From contig OZ241917.1 of the NCBI GenBank assembly GCA_965203805.1, positions 800,001 to 864,000 on the forward strand: DNA of 64,000 nucleotides. Reading direction: 5' to 3'. Positions 21,126 to 30,749 of this stretch are shown here, one piece after another; positions within the stretch are counted from its first letter, which is position 1; each line of letters starts with the position of its first letter. The notes beneath the pieces are model-generated. The model saw nothing but the letters and a program-made list of their open reading frames with translations, did not search any database and was not told where the DNA came from. A program made the position numbers and the translations under genes. Source of the stretch: Candidatus Latescibacterota bacterium. Its GTDB lineage: Bacteria; Latescibacterota; UBA2968; GCA-2709665.

Positions 21126-24100
21126 CCGGACCGGAACTGAGTCTCACCCGTACGCGCGAATTTCACCCGACCGACCTGGCCGACGATGTCCTGCTGGTCG
21201 TACCGGACGACGTACAAGGGCATGCGGCCGTCGCCCGTGTTGTGGAAGCGGTGGGGGAGGCGGGACGCCTCCCCGAGACGATCCCTCAGAGCCGCTTTCG
21301 GCAGGCGCTGTTCCGGGAAAAACACGTTATTGCCTTCGGAAATCTGGCAAATAACCGGGCGATTCAGCGTCTTTATACCGCCCGGTGTTGTTTTGTGGAC
21401 ACCTTTTTTCCCGGCGCACATGGATATCTTGTCAAGTCGATCTCAGATCCGTTCGGATACGCCCGAAATTGCATTGTCGCGGGCGCCAGCACGGACGAAG
21501 GGCTGGAGGCTGCTCTGAACGTCTTCACGGACATCGTCACCGCCGGTAATGGCCGGTTGAAGCGCGTCCACGCCGCGTCTTTCGACCACGATCTTCCCCG
21601 TTTGCCGGATGATTCCGAGATGGAACGCATGGTTCGGGACGATTTGAAGATCTGGGGGACGGGGTGGTCGGCTTCGCCGTTCCGGGGCGGCGGGCTGTTG
21701 TCCTATCTCTGGCAGCATTATCTGACGGATCACCCGGTATGGGCGAGGGCGGCGGCGGAAATTCTGAAGGGTTCGATTGAACCGTGGCGTGCGGAATGTC
21801 GTGCGCATCCGGAGGCCTACCATTGTTTCTTCAACCTCCACCTCTACGTCCATCTGTGGGACCTGGTGGAAGACAACCCGCTTTTTACCCCGGAAGACCG
21901 TCGGGCGGCCGTCACGATGTTCGGCGAGTTATTGAGACATCTCATGACGCTCTCTTACGTCTCGGAGGAAGTGAATCCTCCAGGCGAAATCCGACAGAAC
22001 CACACGACGTTCATCGGATTAAACCTGGCGGTGGGCGGCGACTACATGACCCGGCGCCACGGTGTTCGGGAGTTTCGACGGGCGAATGAAATCGCACGGC
22101 GCATATTCGAAGGTCAGATGGACAGTTATAAGCCGGATGACGACGGGGGAGTGGGGTACGTCTGGCACGTGCCCCAGGAAACGCTGAGCTATTTTCTGTA
22201 CCGCGGCGACGACCGTTACATCACCGGGGGCCACGTGGCGGACCTGTGCAAGCTGGCGGTCGTGACAACCGACAATATGCGCAGCGAGTGCGGCTACGGC
22301 GATACCTCGGGGTATGCCGGTTTTTCTTCAAACGGATGGGATGCCCGGCTCTGGCCGCTGATGGTCTCTCTCTGGCATCATCCGGATGCCGCGCACCTTT
22401 GGACGTTGAACTGGCTTGGAGAAGGGAAACGACCTTCGCCGGAACGGACGCTGCACGGTCTCTATTCGGCCGTGGACTACGTGGACGGCGGATTCGCCAT
22501 GGCGGCGTGTAAGCCGGTCGTACCCCGCGAACTGCTCGGCATCTGTGTGATGGATATGCCCGAGCCAGTGCTCGACTGGGTACGACGTTACTCGCCGCAG
22601 GCCCATCATCCGCGTCCGGGGAGAAGGTATTTCGACAAATTGTCCCTGCGGCGCAATTTCGAGCCCGGGGGGGAATACCTGCTGCTGGAAGGACTGGGAA
22701 CGACCTGCCACGGACACGAAGATACCAATGCGATCGTCCGGCTGACCTGGAACGAGAGGGCGTGGCTGGCAGACGGGGATTACATCCGGGCGGCGCCCGC
22801 GTTTCACAATTCCGTCGTGGTCATGCGAGACGGCGAGGGAGTTCTCGAATCGCCCGGAGACGGCGTGGTGATCCCGCCTTTGGCGTCCTTAAACGTCTGT
22901 AGCGACGGCGCGGAACTCGCGATGTTTCGCTCGGAAGCCGCGGGTTACAACGGTGTGGACTGGCAGCGGGAGATTTTCTGGCGCAAGGGTCGATATATGG
23001 TCGTCATGGACCGGCTTCGCTGTTGCGAACCGGGAGACTATCATCTCCAGTGTCTCTGGCGAATGGTGGGGGATCCGGCCCGGGAGACGGACGGCGTTCG
23101 CATCCGGCAGGCGGGGGAGCACTTTCATATTCGTAACGCGGACGGTTCCGCGCAGGAAATCGTTCCGGACATGCACGTCAAGAGCCGCTGGGGAAGCTAT
23201 CCGCATTCGAACGGAACCATTTCCGTGTTGCATCAGCGAACGGGGTGCAGCCTCGAAGCCGGCACGTCGTTTACCTTTATGAATCTGCTCACCCCGGACC
23301 CTCAGATTCGACTGGAACGGGTCGGCCCAGGCGCGGTCAGGGTAACGGACGGGGATGAAGTCACGTTGTTGGGTGGGGGAACCCTGGAACAGGACGATCT
23401 GGATCTTTCGGGGAGCGTGTTCGCGTGCCTGGCCCGCGGTAACGGGGTGCGCTTACAGGGCGTCGAACGCCTGGCCGGACGGGAGGTCGAACCATCGGAA
23501 CAGGTTCTGGACCGACCCGAACTGGCGGCGGCGGTCCGGTCCGTACGGGCCGTCCCGGCCGTGACGCCCGCGGCGCGACGTCCGTCGGTTTCGGGCGGGT
23601 TGGCGCATCGGTGGCGCCGGGCTTTCCCGGCCGATATCCGGGATATCTCCGTCTCGGACGACGGCGAACTGCTGCTGGCCAGCGGCCGTGACGTCGTGCG
23701 GCTGAACGCGGAAACGGGGGAGTCGGTCTGGTCCCGGCCGGTTGACGCGGAAGGCGGTGCCAGCCGGGTCCTTGGATCGGATATCGACGGAGACGGAAAA
23801 CCGGAAGTGATGCTGGGAACTGAAGACTCACAACTGGTTGTTCTGGAAGGGGATACCGGTGAAGAACGCTGGCGGCGCGGGCTGGTGAATATGTGGAATC
23901 GCGGCACGAGGGTTTCTGCGGTTGCCGTGGCCGATCTGGAGGGCAATGGAGAGCTGAACGTGCTTGCCGGTACCGAAGGATGGTTTGTGAACGCGTTCGC
24001 GGCCGACGGCGCGCCCAAATGGGCCGAATGGTTTCGATATCACGCGACCACCGCGCTTCAAGCCGCGGACGCGGATGGAGACGGGAAGGCCGAGATTCTG

Positions 24101-24664
24101 GTCGGTACCGAATATTATACGCCGCTTACCGTGCACAATTTCGACGGATCGTTCCGCTGGTCCACGTTCGAGCAGGTCGGATCGCACGGGAACGCAACAA
24201 CGCCCAGACGCGGCATCTGTCTGAAACAGATGGTGCTGTGCGACCTGGACGGCGACGGCGTTATGGAAGTCATTTACGGAACGGAAGACGGCTGGATCTA
24301 CGCCGTCAAACCTCAGGACGGCGCCGAACTCTGGCATGTCAATCTTGTGGGGGAAATTACGGGGCTCGTCGTTCTCGATGGCGTTCTGATCGCGGCGTGC
24401 GAGTTCGGCGCGCTGTATGGAATCGATTTTGCCGGCAATCTGACGTGGCGCCGCCACGAAGCGCAATGGATCCATGCCGTCGCGGAGTCCCGCGGCATGA
24501 TCGCCGTTGCCGCCGACCGGCGGGAAATCCGAACGGTCGACAGTGAGGGGCGCTGCCAGGGTCTGATTGAAATGCCGGCGAACGTCACGTCGCTCGCCGC
24601 AACGGACGGCGGTTTCATCTGTGTCTACGGACAGGGGATTGCCAGCCTGGATCTGATTTCCTGA
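21122..24664 (+). CDS. Large protein with a heparinase II/III-like domain and a C-terminal PQQ/FG-GAP beta-propeller
   Basis: HGHEDTN…WLADGDY…FHNSVVV motifs of the Hep II/III-like family; repeated DxDGDG motifs and W-containing propeller blades. ATGA overlap with the TPR gene. Confidence 0.65.
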   Translation: MTGPELSLTRTREFHPTDLADDVLLVVPDDVQGHAAVARVVEAVGEAGRLPETIPQSRFRQALFREKHVIAFGNLANNRAIQRLYTARCCFVDTFFPGAHGYLVKSISDPFGYARNCIVAGASTDEGLEAALNVFTDIVTAGNGRLKRVHAASFDHDLPRLPDDSEMERMVRDDLKIWGTGWSASPFRGGGLLSYLWQHYLTDHPVWARAAAEILKGSIEPWRAECRAHPEAYHCFFNLHLYVHLWDLVEDNPLFTPEDRRAAVTMFGELLRHLMTLSYVSEEVNPPGEIRQNHTTFIGLNLAVGGDYMTRRHGVREFRRANEIARRIFEGQMDSYKPDDDGGVGYVWHVPQETLSYFLYRGDDRYITGGHVADLCKLAVVTTDNMRSECGYGDTSGYAGFSSNGWDARLWPLMVSLWHHPDAAHLWTLNWLGEGKRPSPERTLHGLYSAVDYVDGGFAMAACKPVVPRELLGICVMDMPEPVLDWVRRYSPQAHHPRPGRRYFDKLSLRRNFEPGGEYLLLEGLGTTCHGHEDTNAIVRLTWNERAWLADGDYIRAAPAFHNSVVVMRDGEGVLESPGDGVVIPPLASLNVCSDGAELAMFRSEAAGYNGVDWQREIFWRKGRYMVVMDRLRCCEPGDYHLQCLWRMVGDPARETDGVRIRQAGEHFHIRNADGSAQEIVPDMHVKSRWGSYPHSNGTISVLHQRTGCSLEAGTSFTFMNLLTPDPQIRLERVGPGAVRVTDGDEVTLLGGGTLEQDDLDLSGSVFACLARGNGVRLQGVERLAGREVEPSEQVLDRPELAAAVRSVRAVPAVTPAARRPSVSGGLAHRWRRAFPADIRDISVSDDGELLLASGRDVVRLNAETGESVWSRPVDAEGGASRVLGSDIDGDGKPEVMLGTEDSQLVVLEGDTGEERWRRGLVNMWNRGTRVSAVAVADLEGNGELNVLAGTEGWFVNAFAADGAPKWAEWFRYHATTALQAADADGDGKAEILVGTEYYTPLTVHNFDGSFRWSTFEQVGSHGNATTPRRGICLKQMVLCDLDGDGVMEVIYGTEDGWIYAVKPQDGAELWHVNLVGEITGLVVLDGVLIAACEFGALYGIDFAGNLTWRRHEAQWIHAVAESRGMIAVAADRREIRTVDSEGRCQGLIEMPANVTSLAATDGGFICVYGQGIASLDLIS

Positions 24665-24716
24665 AAAAACCGCATTTGGCAGTCACGGTAAACAGTTCAA
24701 CGATAACCCCGCACAA

Positions 24717-24744
24717 AACCGGTATAAGATGTATTATGTAAACT
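24717..24744 (+). other. dif: dif-like XerC/XerD recombination site
   Basis: AACCGGTATAA-GATGTA-TTATGTAAACT has the 11-6-11 layout with the ATAA-N6-TTAT core and a XerD-like arm (E. coli TTATGTTAAAT). It is intergenic and lies where gene orientation converges. Confidence 0.75.
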
Positions 24745-24792
24745 TGCGGTTGTTTCAAGTGGGCTGTTTCGCAGAAATTTCCATTCATTCGA

Positions 24793-25470
24793 TTAATGGG
24801 CCACCTCCTGCCCTGTCTTGTCCCGCAGAGCGGACAACTCGGTTTTCAAGCGTCCGATTTCGCGATTCTTCGCCGCCAGGTCCTCTTTAAATGCCTCGCA
24901 GCTGTTTTCGAGCGTCCTGTTTTGATCCGCCAACCGGCTTTGTTCTTTTCCGAGGCGGTTCAGTTCTTTTCTGAGCCAATGCGCCGTTAATGTCGCTTCC
25001 TCTCGGGCTTTATCCGCAGCGCGGAGGTTTTCGCGCAACCCTTGGACGTCGTCCTTATATCTTCTCGCTTCGGTCCATCCGGATGCGGACGAGGCCTCCA
25101 GTTCGGTCCGACGTTCGCTCAGTGCCCGAAGTTCGGCCGTTCGTTCAGCCAGCGCCCGCTCAATGGCGTCCAGTTTGCCGACACGCCGTTGCAACAGGTC
25201 GTAATCGTCCCGCTGGAGTTGCACGAGGGATTGGCTCTGGAGTCCTTCGAGCCTTTCCGGTTCCATTTTTTTTCCATATTTCTTCCTGTAAATTTCCAAC
25301 AAATCTTCTTTGGGAATTCTCCACGCGCCATTCCACTTCCGGGCGTTCAGATAATCCCGCTCGATGTAGTTTCGGACCGTTTTCGTGGTCACTTTGAGCA
25401 GATTTGCGGCCTGATCGATGGTAAGATGCTCAGTCCGGACGTCGCTGGAATCGGTCATTGATTGCTCCAT
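24793..25470 (-). CDS. Excisionase-type (HTH_17/MerR-like) DNA-binding protein with a long coiled coil
   Basis: LTIDQAANLLKVTTKTVRNYIERDYLNARKWNGAWRIP, followed by heptad-rich helical sequence. The exact start codon is uncertain. Confidence 0.7.
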   Translation of the reverse strand: MEQSMTDSSDVRTEHLTIDQAANLLKVTTKTVRNYIERDYLNARKWNGAWRIPKEDLLEIYRKKYGKKMEPERLEGLQSQSLVQLQRDDYDLLQRRVGKLDAIERALAERTAELRALSERRTELEASSASGWTEARRYKDDVQGLRENLRAADKAREEATLTAHWLRKELNRLGKEQSRLADQNRTLENSCEAFKEDLAAKNREIGRLKTELSALRDKTGQEVAH

Positions 25471-25573
25471 TGCTTGAATATTTTTACTTTTTTCCATAAT
25501 TATTATAGGAAATTTCACCCCCGAATTCAAGGACGATTCACGACACAACATTGTATCGAGAAGGAAAACTCAG

Positions 25574-26683
25574 ATGGAAAGCGAAGCCCTGAAACGCACC
25601 CCACTCTACCGGCAGCATGTCGAATTAAACGCGAAAATGGTGGAATTCGGAGGATGGGAGATGCCCGTCCAGTATACCGGAATCGTTGCGGAACACCGTG
25701 CCGTGCGAACATTCGCAGGACTGTTCGACGTCAGCCACATGGGCCAGATCCAGGTCTCGGGCCCCGGGGCGAGGGATTTCCTGCAATATCTGGCGGCCAA
25801 CGACATCAGGAAACTGCAGAACGGCAGATGCCAGTATTCCTTTCTTCTGAACGAGCGGGGCGGCACGATTGACGACATGATGGTCTACCGGACCGGTCCG
25901 GACGCGTTCACGCTTGTTGTGAACGCGTCCAACGCGGAAAAGGACTGGGCTCACGTGGTGGGGGTGGGCGCCGGGCGGAAGGACGTCCACCTGGAAAACA
26001 GAAGCGGTGACCGTGCCCTGCTGGCATTCCAGGGGCCCGCCGCCGGCGCTATTCTGTCTAAGCTGACGCCGGACAACGTCGAGGCGATTCGATTCCACGA
26101 TGTCCGGCCGTGTACCGTTGCCGGCCTGCCGGTATGGCTCGCCGCGTCCGGTTATACCGGCGAAAACGGATTTGAGGTCTTCGTGGATTCGAACGAGGTT
26201 GAACAGCTGTGGCGCGCGCTGCTGGACGCGGGAAGAGACGCCGGGGCGGTGCCGGTCGGCCTGGGAGCCCGCGATACGCTTCGCCTGGAGGCGTCGCTCG
26301 CCCTCTACGGGCACGAACTGGACGCAAATACGTCCCCGCTGGAGGCAAATCTCGGTTTCGCCGTGGCAAAGACCGGTACCTATATCGGTTGCGAAGCGAT
26401 CCGGGAACAGCGGGCACGAGGCGTAGGCAGGAAACTGGTGATGCTGGAAATGGTCGACAGAGGCATTCCACGCCAAGGTTACGAGATTCACGCGACAGGC
26501 GGCGAGGCCGCCGGCGAGGTCACCAGCGGGTCGGTCTCGCCCTGGACCGGAAGGATTATTGCTATGGGTTATGTTGACGCCAATCTGGCAAAACCGGGCC
26601 AGGTATTATCTGTTTCCGTCCGGAACCGGCGGCTCCGGGCGAAGGTGGTTCGCAGACCGTATTACCGTCGGCCGGGCAGCTAG
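25574..26683 (+). CDS. gcvT: Glycine cleavage system aminomethyltransferase T
   Basis: KRTPLY, FGGWEMPVQY, LFDVSHMG, GYTGENGFE and GLGARDTLRLEA motifs. Confidence 0.95.
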   Translation: MESEALKRTPLYRQHVELNAKMVEFGGWEMPVQYTGIVAEHRAVRTFAGLFDVSHMGQIQVSGPGARDFLQYLAANDIRKLQNGRCQYSFLLNERGGTIDDMMVYRTGPDAFTLVVNASNAEKDWAHVVGVGAGRKDVHLENRSGDRALLAFQGPAAGAILSKLTPDNVEAIRFHDVRPCTVAGLPVWLAASGYTGENGFEVFVDSNEVEQLWRALLDAGRDAGAVPVGLGARDTLRLEASLALYGHELDANTSPLEANLGFAVAKTGTYIGCEAIREQRARGVGRKLVMLEMVDRGIPRQGYEIHATGGEAAGEVTSGSVSPWTGRIIAMGYVDANLAKPGQVLSVSVRNRRLRAKVVRRPYYRRPGS

Positions 26684-26739
26684 CGTTCTACCCCTCCCCT
26701 GCTCTCCACAACCACCCGAAATTGCAGGGAATACCGCAG

Positions 26740-26777
26740 AAAAGAACCCGGAATCGATTAACGACGCCGGGTTTTTT
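26740..26777. terminator. Probable bidirectional intrinsic terminator between convergent gcvT and leuS
   Basis: AAAAGAACCCGG…CCGGGTTTTTT inverted repeat with A and T tails. Confidence 0.65.
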
Positions 26778-26779
26778 GC

Positions 26780-29233
26780 CTACGCCACGATGTTTACGAG
26801 GCGATTGGGAACGACAATCACCTTTCTGGGTACTTTGCCCGCCAGATGGTTCCTCACATTCGGCTGCTCCAGTGCCAGCGTCGTGACGTCGTCGTCTTCC
26901 GCGTCCACCTCCACCTGGAACCGGGCGCGGACCTTCCCGTTGACCTGCACCGGCATCTGGATGGTGGCTGGACGCGCAAGCTCCTCGTCCCATTCGGGCC
27001 ACGCCTGCTCGTGAACGCTGTAGCGTTCGCCGATACGTTCCCACAACTCTTCCGACAGATGCGGCGCAAAGGGCGCCAGCAGCAGGCACAGCGACCGGAT
27101 GGCGTCTTTCCACGCGTCCGATTCGGCGACCGCCGCGGATCTTGCCTTGCCGAGCCGGTTGACGAAGGTCATCAGCGCCGCGACTGCCGTGTTGAAGTCG
27201 AACGACTCCAGGTCCGCCGAGACCTTCTTGATCGCCTGGTGGGTCATCCTGCGTAACTCGGTTGTCTCCGCTTTACCCGGTGGTTTGCCCGGCGACGACG
27301 CGGGCTCGACGACAAGCGCCCACACCCGGTTCAGAAATCGCGGAACGCCTTCCACGCCGGCCGAGTTCCAGGGGCCGCCCTGGTCCCAGCGGCTGATAAA
27401 CATGAGATACACCCGCACGCTGTCAATGCCGTGCGAATCGATGAGTTCGTCCGGGTTTACCACGTTTCCCCGGGACTTGCTCATTCTTTCGGAATCCTCG
27501 CCGAGAATGATGCCCTGGTTGAACAGCCGGACCATGGGCTCGGCCTGGTCGGTGGCGATCAACCTCATGTCCCGCATCGCCCGCGTAAAGAAACGGGTAT
27601 AGAGCAGGTGCATGGTGGCGTGTTCGATGCCGCCCGTATACTGATCCACCGGCAGCCAGTACGCCCCCTCTTCCGGATCGAACGGGCCGGCGGCGAAATG
27701 CGGACTGAGGTACCGGTACTGATACCATGATGAACACATGAACGTGTCCATCGTATCGGTTTCTCTTTGCGCGTCCCCGAGACATTCCGGGCATGTCGTA
27801 TGCAGGAACCCCTCGTGATGTTGCAGCGGAGATTCGCCGGTTGGAAGGAATTCCGCATCGTCGGGCAGCCTCACGGGCAGGTCCCGTTCCGGGACCGGCA
27901 CCACGCCGCATTCGGCGCAGTAGATGATCGGTATGGGGCAACCCCAGTACCGCTGACGGGAAATCAGCCAGTCGTGCAGCCGGTAGTTTACCTTCCGCTC
28001 CCCGATTCCCCGATCCTCCAGGTCCTGTGATACCGCGTGCTTCGCGGCGTCGGACGGCATTCCGTTGAACCGGCCGGAATTGACCAGCGTGCCCTTTCCC
28101 TCGTAGGGACGCTGCAACGGGCGGCCGTCCCAATCCGGCGGCGCGATGACCGTGGGAACGGGCAATCCGTACCGTTTCGCGAAGCCGAAGTCCCGTTCGT
28201 CGTGTCCGGGCACGGCCATGATCGCGCCGGTCCCGTACGTTGTGAGCACGTAGTCGGCGATAAAGATCGGCACCTCGGCTTCGTTCATCGGGTTGATCGC
28301 ATACGCGCCCGTAAAGACACCGTCCCGGTCTTTGTCCAGCGACAGCCGGTCGATTTCGGACTGCCGGCCGGCCTTTTCGCGGTACGACGCGACGTCGGCC
28401 GCCTGAGCCCGGGTTGTAATCGCATCGACAAGCGGGTGTTCCGGCGCCAATACCGCGAACGTTACGCCGAAGATCGTATCCGCGCGCGTGGTGAACACCC
28501 GAAACGACGCCCCGGAACCCTTCACGTTCATTTCAAATTCCACCCCTTCGCTGCGGCCGATCCAGTTGGTCTGCATCGTCTCGACCCGGTCGGGCCAGTC
28601 CAGGCCTGAAAAATCCAGCAGCGAATCCGCGTATTTCGTGATCCGGAACAACCACTGATCCAGGTCTTTCTTCACGACGGGCGTATCGCAGCGTTCGCAG
28701 TGGCGGTCGTCGCCCCACACCTGCTCCCTTGCAAGCGTGGTATTACAGCGCGGGCACCAGTCTACCGGGGCCTTCTTACGATAGGCCAGCCCGTGGCGAT
28801 AGAATTGGAGGAAGAGCCACTGCGTCCACTTGTAGTATTCGGGTTCGCACGTAACGATCTCCCTGTCCCAGTCGAACATCGCGCCCATTCTCTTCAGTTG
28901 CCGCCGCATTCTATCCACGTTGTCCAAGGTCCACTTTGCCGGGTGGATCCCCCGCTCGATGGCGGCATTCTCCGCCGGCAGCCCGAAAGCGTCAAAGCCG
29001 ATCGGGAACAGCACGTTGTACCCTTTCATCCGCATCCATCTGGCGCGCGCATCGGAGGGCGCCATCGTATACCAGTGTCCGATATGCAGGTCTCCGGATG
29101 TATACGGCAGCATGGTCAGCGCGTAGTGCTTGGGTTTGCCTTTCTTGACGGCGCTCTTGTAGATTCCGGTCTCTTCCCAGCGCGCCCGCCACCTGGACTC
29201 GATCGAAACAAAATCATACACACTTTCAGCCAT
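26780..29233 (-). CDS. leuS: Leucine--tRNA ligase
   Basis: HIGH and RMSKS class I motifs; DWLISRQRYWG; ETDTMDTF. Confidence 0.97.
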   Translation of the reverse strand: MAESVYDFVSIESRWRARWEETGIYKSAVKKGKPKHYALTMLPYTSGDLHIGHWYTMAPSDARARWMRMKGYNVLFPIGFDAFGLPAENAAIERGIHPAKWTLDNVDRMRRQLKRMGAMFDWDREIVTCEPEYYKWTQWLFLQFYRHGLAYRKKAPVDWCPRCNTTLAREQVWGDDRHCERCDTPVVKKDLDQWLFRITKYADSLLDFSGLDWPDRVETMQTNWIGRSEGVEFEMNVKGSGASFRVFTTRADTIFGVTFAVLAPEHPLVDAITTRAQAADVASYREKAGRQSEIDRLSLDKDRDGVFTGAYAINPMNEAEVPIFIADYVLTTYGTGAIMAVPGHDERDFGFAKRYGLPVPTVIAPPDWDGRPLQRPYEGKGTLVNSGRFNGMPSDAAKHAVSQDLEDRGIGERKVNYRLHDWLISRQRYWGCPIPIIYCAECGVVPVPERDLPVRLPDDAEFLPTGESPLQHHEGFLHTTCPECLGDAQRETDTMDTFMCSSWYQYRYLSPHFAAGPFDPEEGAYWLPVDQYTGGIEHATMHLLYTRFFTRAMRDMRLIATDQAEPMVRLFNQGIILGEDSERMSKSRGNVVNPDELIDSHGIDSVRVYLMFISRWDQGGPWNSAGVEGVPRFLNRVWALVVEPASSPGKPPGKAETTELRRMTHQAIKKVSADLESFDFNTAVAALMTFVNRLGKARSAAVAESDAWKDAIRSLCLLLAPFAPHLSEELWERIGERYSVHEQAWPEWDEELARPATIQMPVQVNGKVRARFQVEVDAEDDDVTTLALEQPNVRNHLAGKVPRKVIVVPNRLVNIVA

Positions 29234-29257
29234 CTGACGACTCCCTCATCTCATGTT

Positions 29258-30553
29258 TTATGGGTAAAGCCGCTGCAGCATCCGGGGAAACGGAATGGTC
29301 TCCCGCACATGCCGCAACCCGCAGATCCAGGCCACGGTTCGTTCGATGCCCAAGCCGAAACCGGCGTGAGGCACCGATCCGTAGCGTCTCAGGTCCAGAT
29401 ACCACTGGAAAGGGGTCTCGTCAAGTCTGTGTTGGGCGATCTTCCGCCGCAATTCCTCCAGGTTGTCCTCCCGCTGCCCGCCACCGATGATTTCTCCGTA
29501 TCCTTCGGGCGCCAGCATATCCATGCAAAGCGCCAGCCGGCCGTCGTCCGGGTCGCCCTTCATATAAAAGGCCTTGCACGAGGCCGGATACCTGTGCACC
29601 AGGACCGGTCGATCGAACTGTTCGGCAAGAACGGTTTCCTCGTCACCGCCGAAATCGTCGCCCCACGTATGCGACACGCCCTGCCGGTTCAGGATGTCAA
29701 CCGCTTCCGTATAGGAGATCCTCGGGAAGGGTTTTTTCACGCGTTCGAGCGGGGCGATATCCCGTTGCAGCAGCGCAAGTTCCTCCTGGCGCCTTTCCAG
29801 AACCTGCTGAACGACGATGGAGACAAAATCCTCCGCCAGATCCATGTCGCCATTCAGATCCAGATAGGCCACTTCCGGCTCGACCATCCAGAATTCGGTA
29901 AGGTGCCGCCGGGTCTTGGACTTCTCCGCTCTGAACGTCGGCCCGAAGCAGTATACTTTTCCGAAGGCCATGGCACTGGCCTCCAGATACAACTGACCGC
30001 TCTGGGTCAGATAGGCCTGGTCGTCGAAGTAGTCGGTCTGGAAAAGCGTTGTCGTACCCTCGCAGGCCGAAGGTGTAAAGATCGGCGAGTCCGTGAGCAC
30101 GAACTCTCTTTCGTCGAAATAGGTCCTGCACGCCCGGATGACATCGCTTCGTACGCGCAAAATAGCGTGCTGGCGCGAGGAACGCAGCCAGAGATGGCGA
30201 TGGTCCATCAGGAAGGCGGTCCCGTGTGCTTTAGGCGTTATGGGATAGGGCTCCGAGGCATGGACGACCTCAATATCGGAAACGCCGACCTCGAAACCCA
30301 GGGGCGAGCGTTTGTCCTCGCGAACGATCCCGATTACCCGGAGCGACGACTCCTGGGTCAGGCCGCTCGAACGCTCGAACACATCGGCCGACACGTCGCC
30401 CTTGAACACCACGCATTGCACCACGCCGGTTCCGTCTCTCAGCTGGAGAAAATGCAGCTTTCCACTGGCGCGCTTGTTGTGCAGCCATCCCTGAAGCAGG
30501 ACGTCGCGCCCTTCGTACTCGCCGATTCTTGAAATTGAAATGGGTACGGCCAT
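29258..30553 (-). CDS. asnS: Asparagine--tRNA ligase
   Basis: OB-fold N-terminus, [21 protein letters not shown] and [11 protein letters not shown] motifs. The start at MAVPIS follows a GGAGG RBS. Confidence 0.93.
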   Translation of the reverse strand: MAVPISISRIGEYEGRDVLLQGWLHNKRASGKLHFLQLRDGTGVVQCVVFKGDVSADVFERSSGLTQESSLRVIGIVREDKRSPLGFEVGVSDIEVVHASEPYPITPKAHGTAFLMDHRHLWLRSSRQHAILRVRSDVIRACRTYFDEREFVLTDSPIFTPSACEGTTTLFQTDYFDDQAYLTQSGQLYLEASAMAFGKVYCFGPTFRAEKSKTRRHLTEFWMVEPEVAYLDLNGDMDLAEDFVSIVVQQVLERRQEELALLQRDIAPLERVKKPFPRISYTEAVDILNRQGVSHTWGDDFGGDEETVLAEQFDRPVLVHRYPASCKAFYMKGDPDDGRLALCMDMLAPEGYGEIIGGGQREDNLEELRRKIAQHRLDETPFQWYLDLRRYGSVPHAGFGLGIERTVAWICGLRHVRETIPFPRMLQRLYP

Positions 30554-30690
30554 CGTGTTCCTCCCCGGACGCGCGGTCGATACATCCGGTTTCTCCTCAT
30601 GTTTCAACACCTGCGAACCCAATCCGCAGAGCCCAGGGCAAGGACGCCGTGATTCGCAATGACGGGTTCTCAGCGCAACGTCACAAAACC

Positions 30691-30724
30691 AAAAAAGACG
30701 ACCGGAAGTTGCCGATCGCCTTTT
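30691..30724 (-). terminator. Intrinsic terminator after pnp
   Basis: Minus strand GGCGATCGG-CAACTT-CCGGTCGTC followed by a T run. Confidence 0.65.
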
Positions 30725-30749
30725 GCCGACCACTTTCTTACCTGGCGGG

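Noticed and set aside
25471-25573. Glycine riboswitch upstream of gcvT
   Set aside because: The region is short, AT-rich and shared with a divergent gene, and lacks recognisable aptamer stems.
29234-29257. T-box leader for leuS
   Set aside because: Only 24 bp separate asnS and leuS, leaving no room for one.
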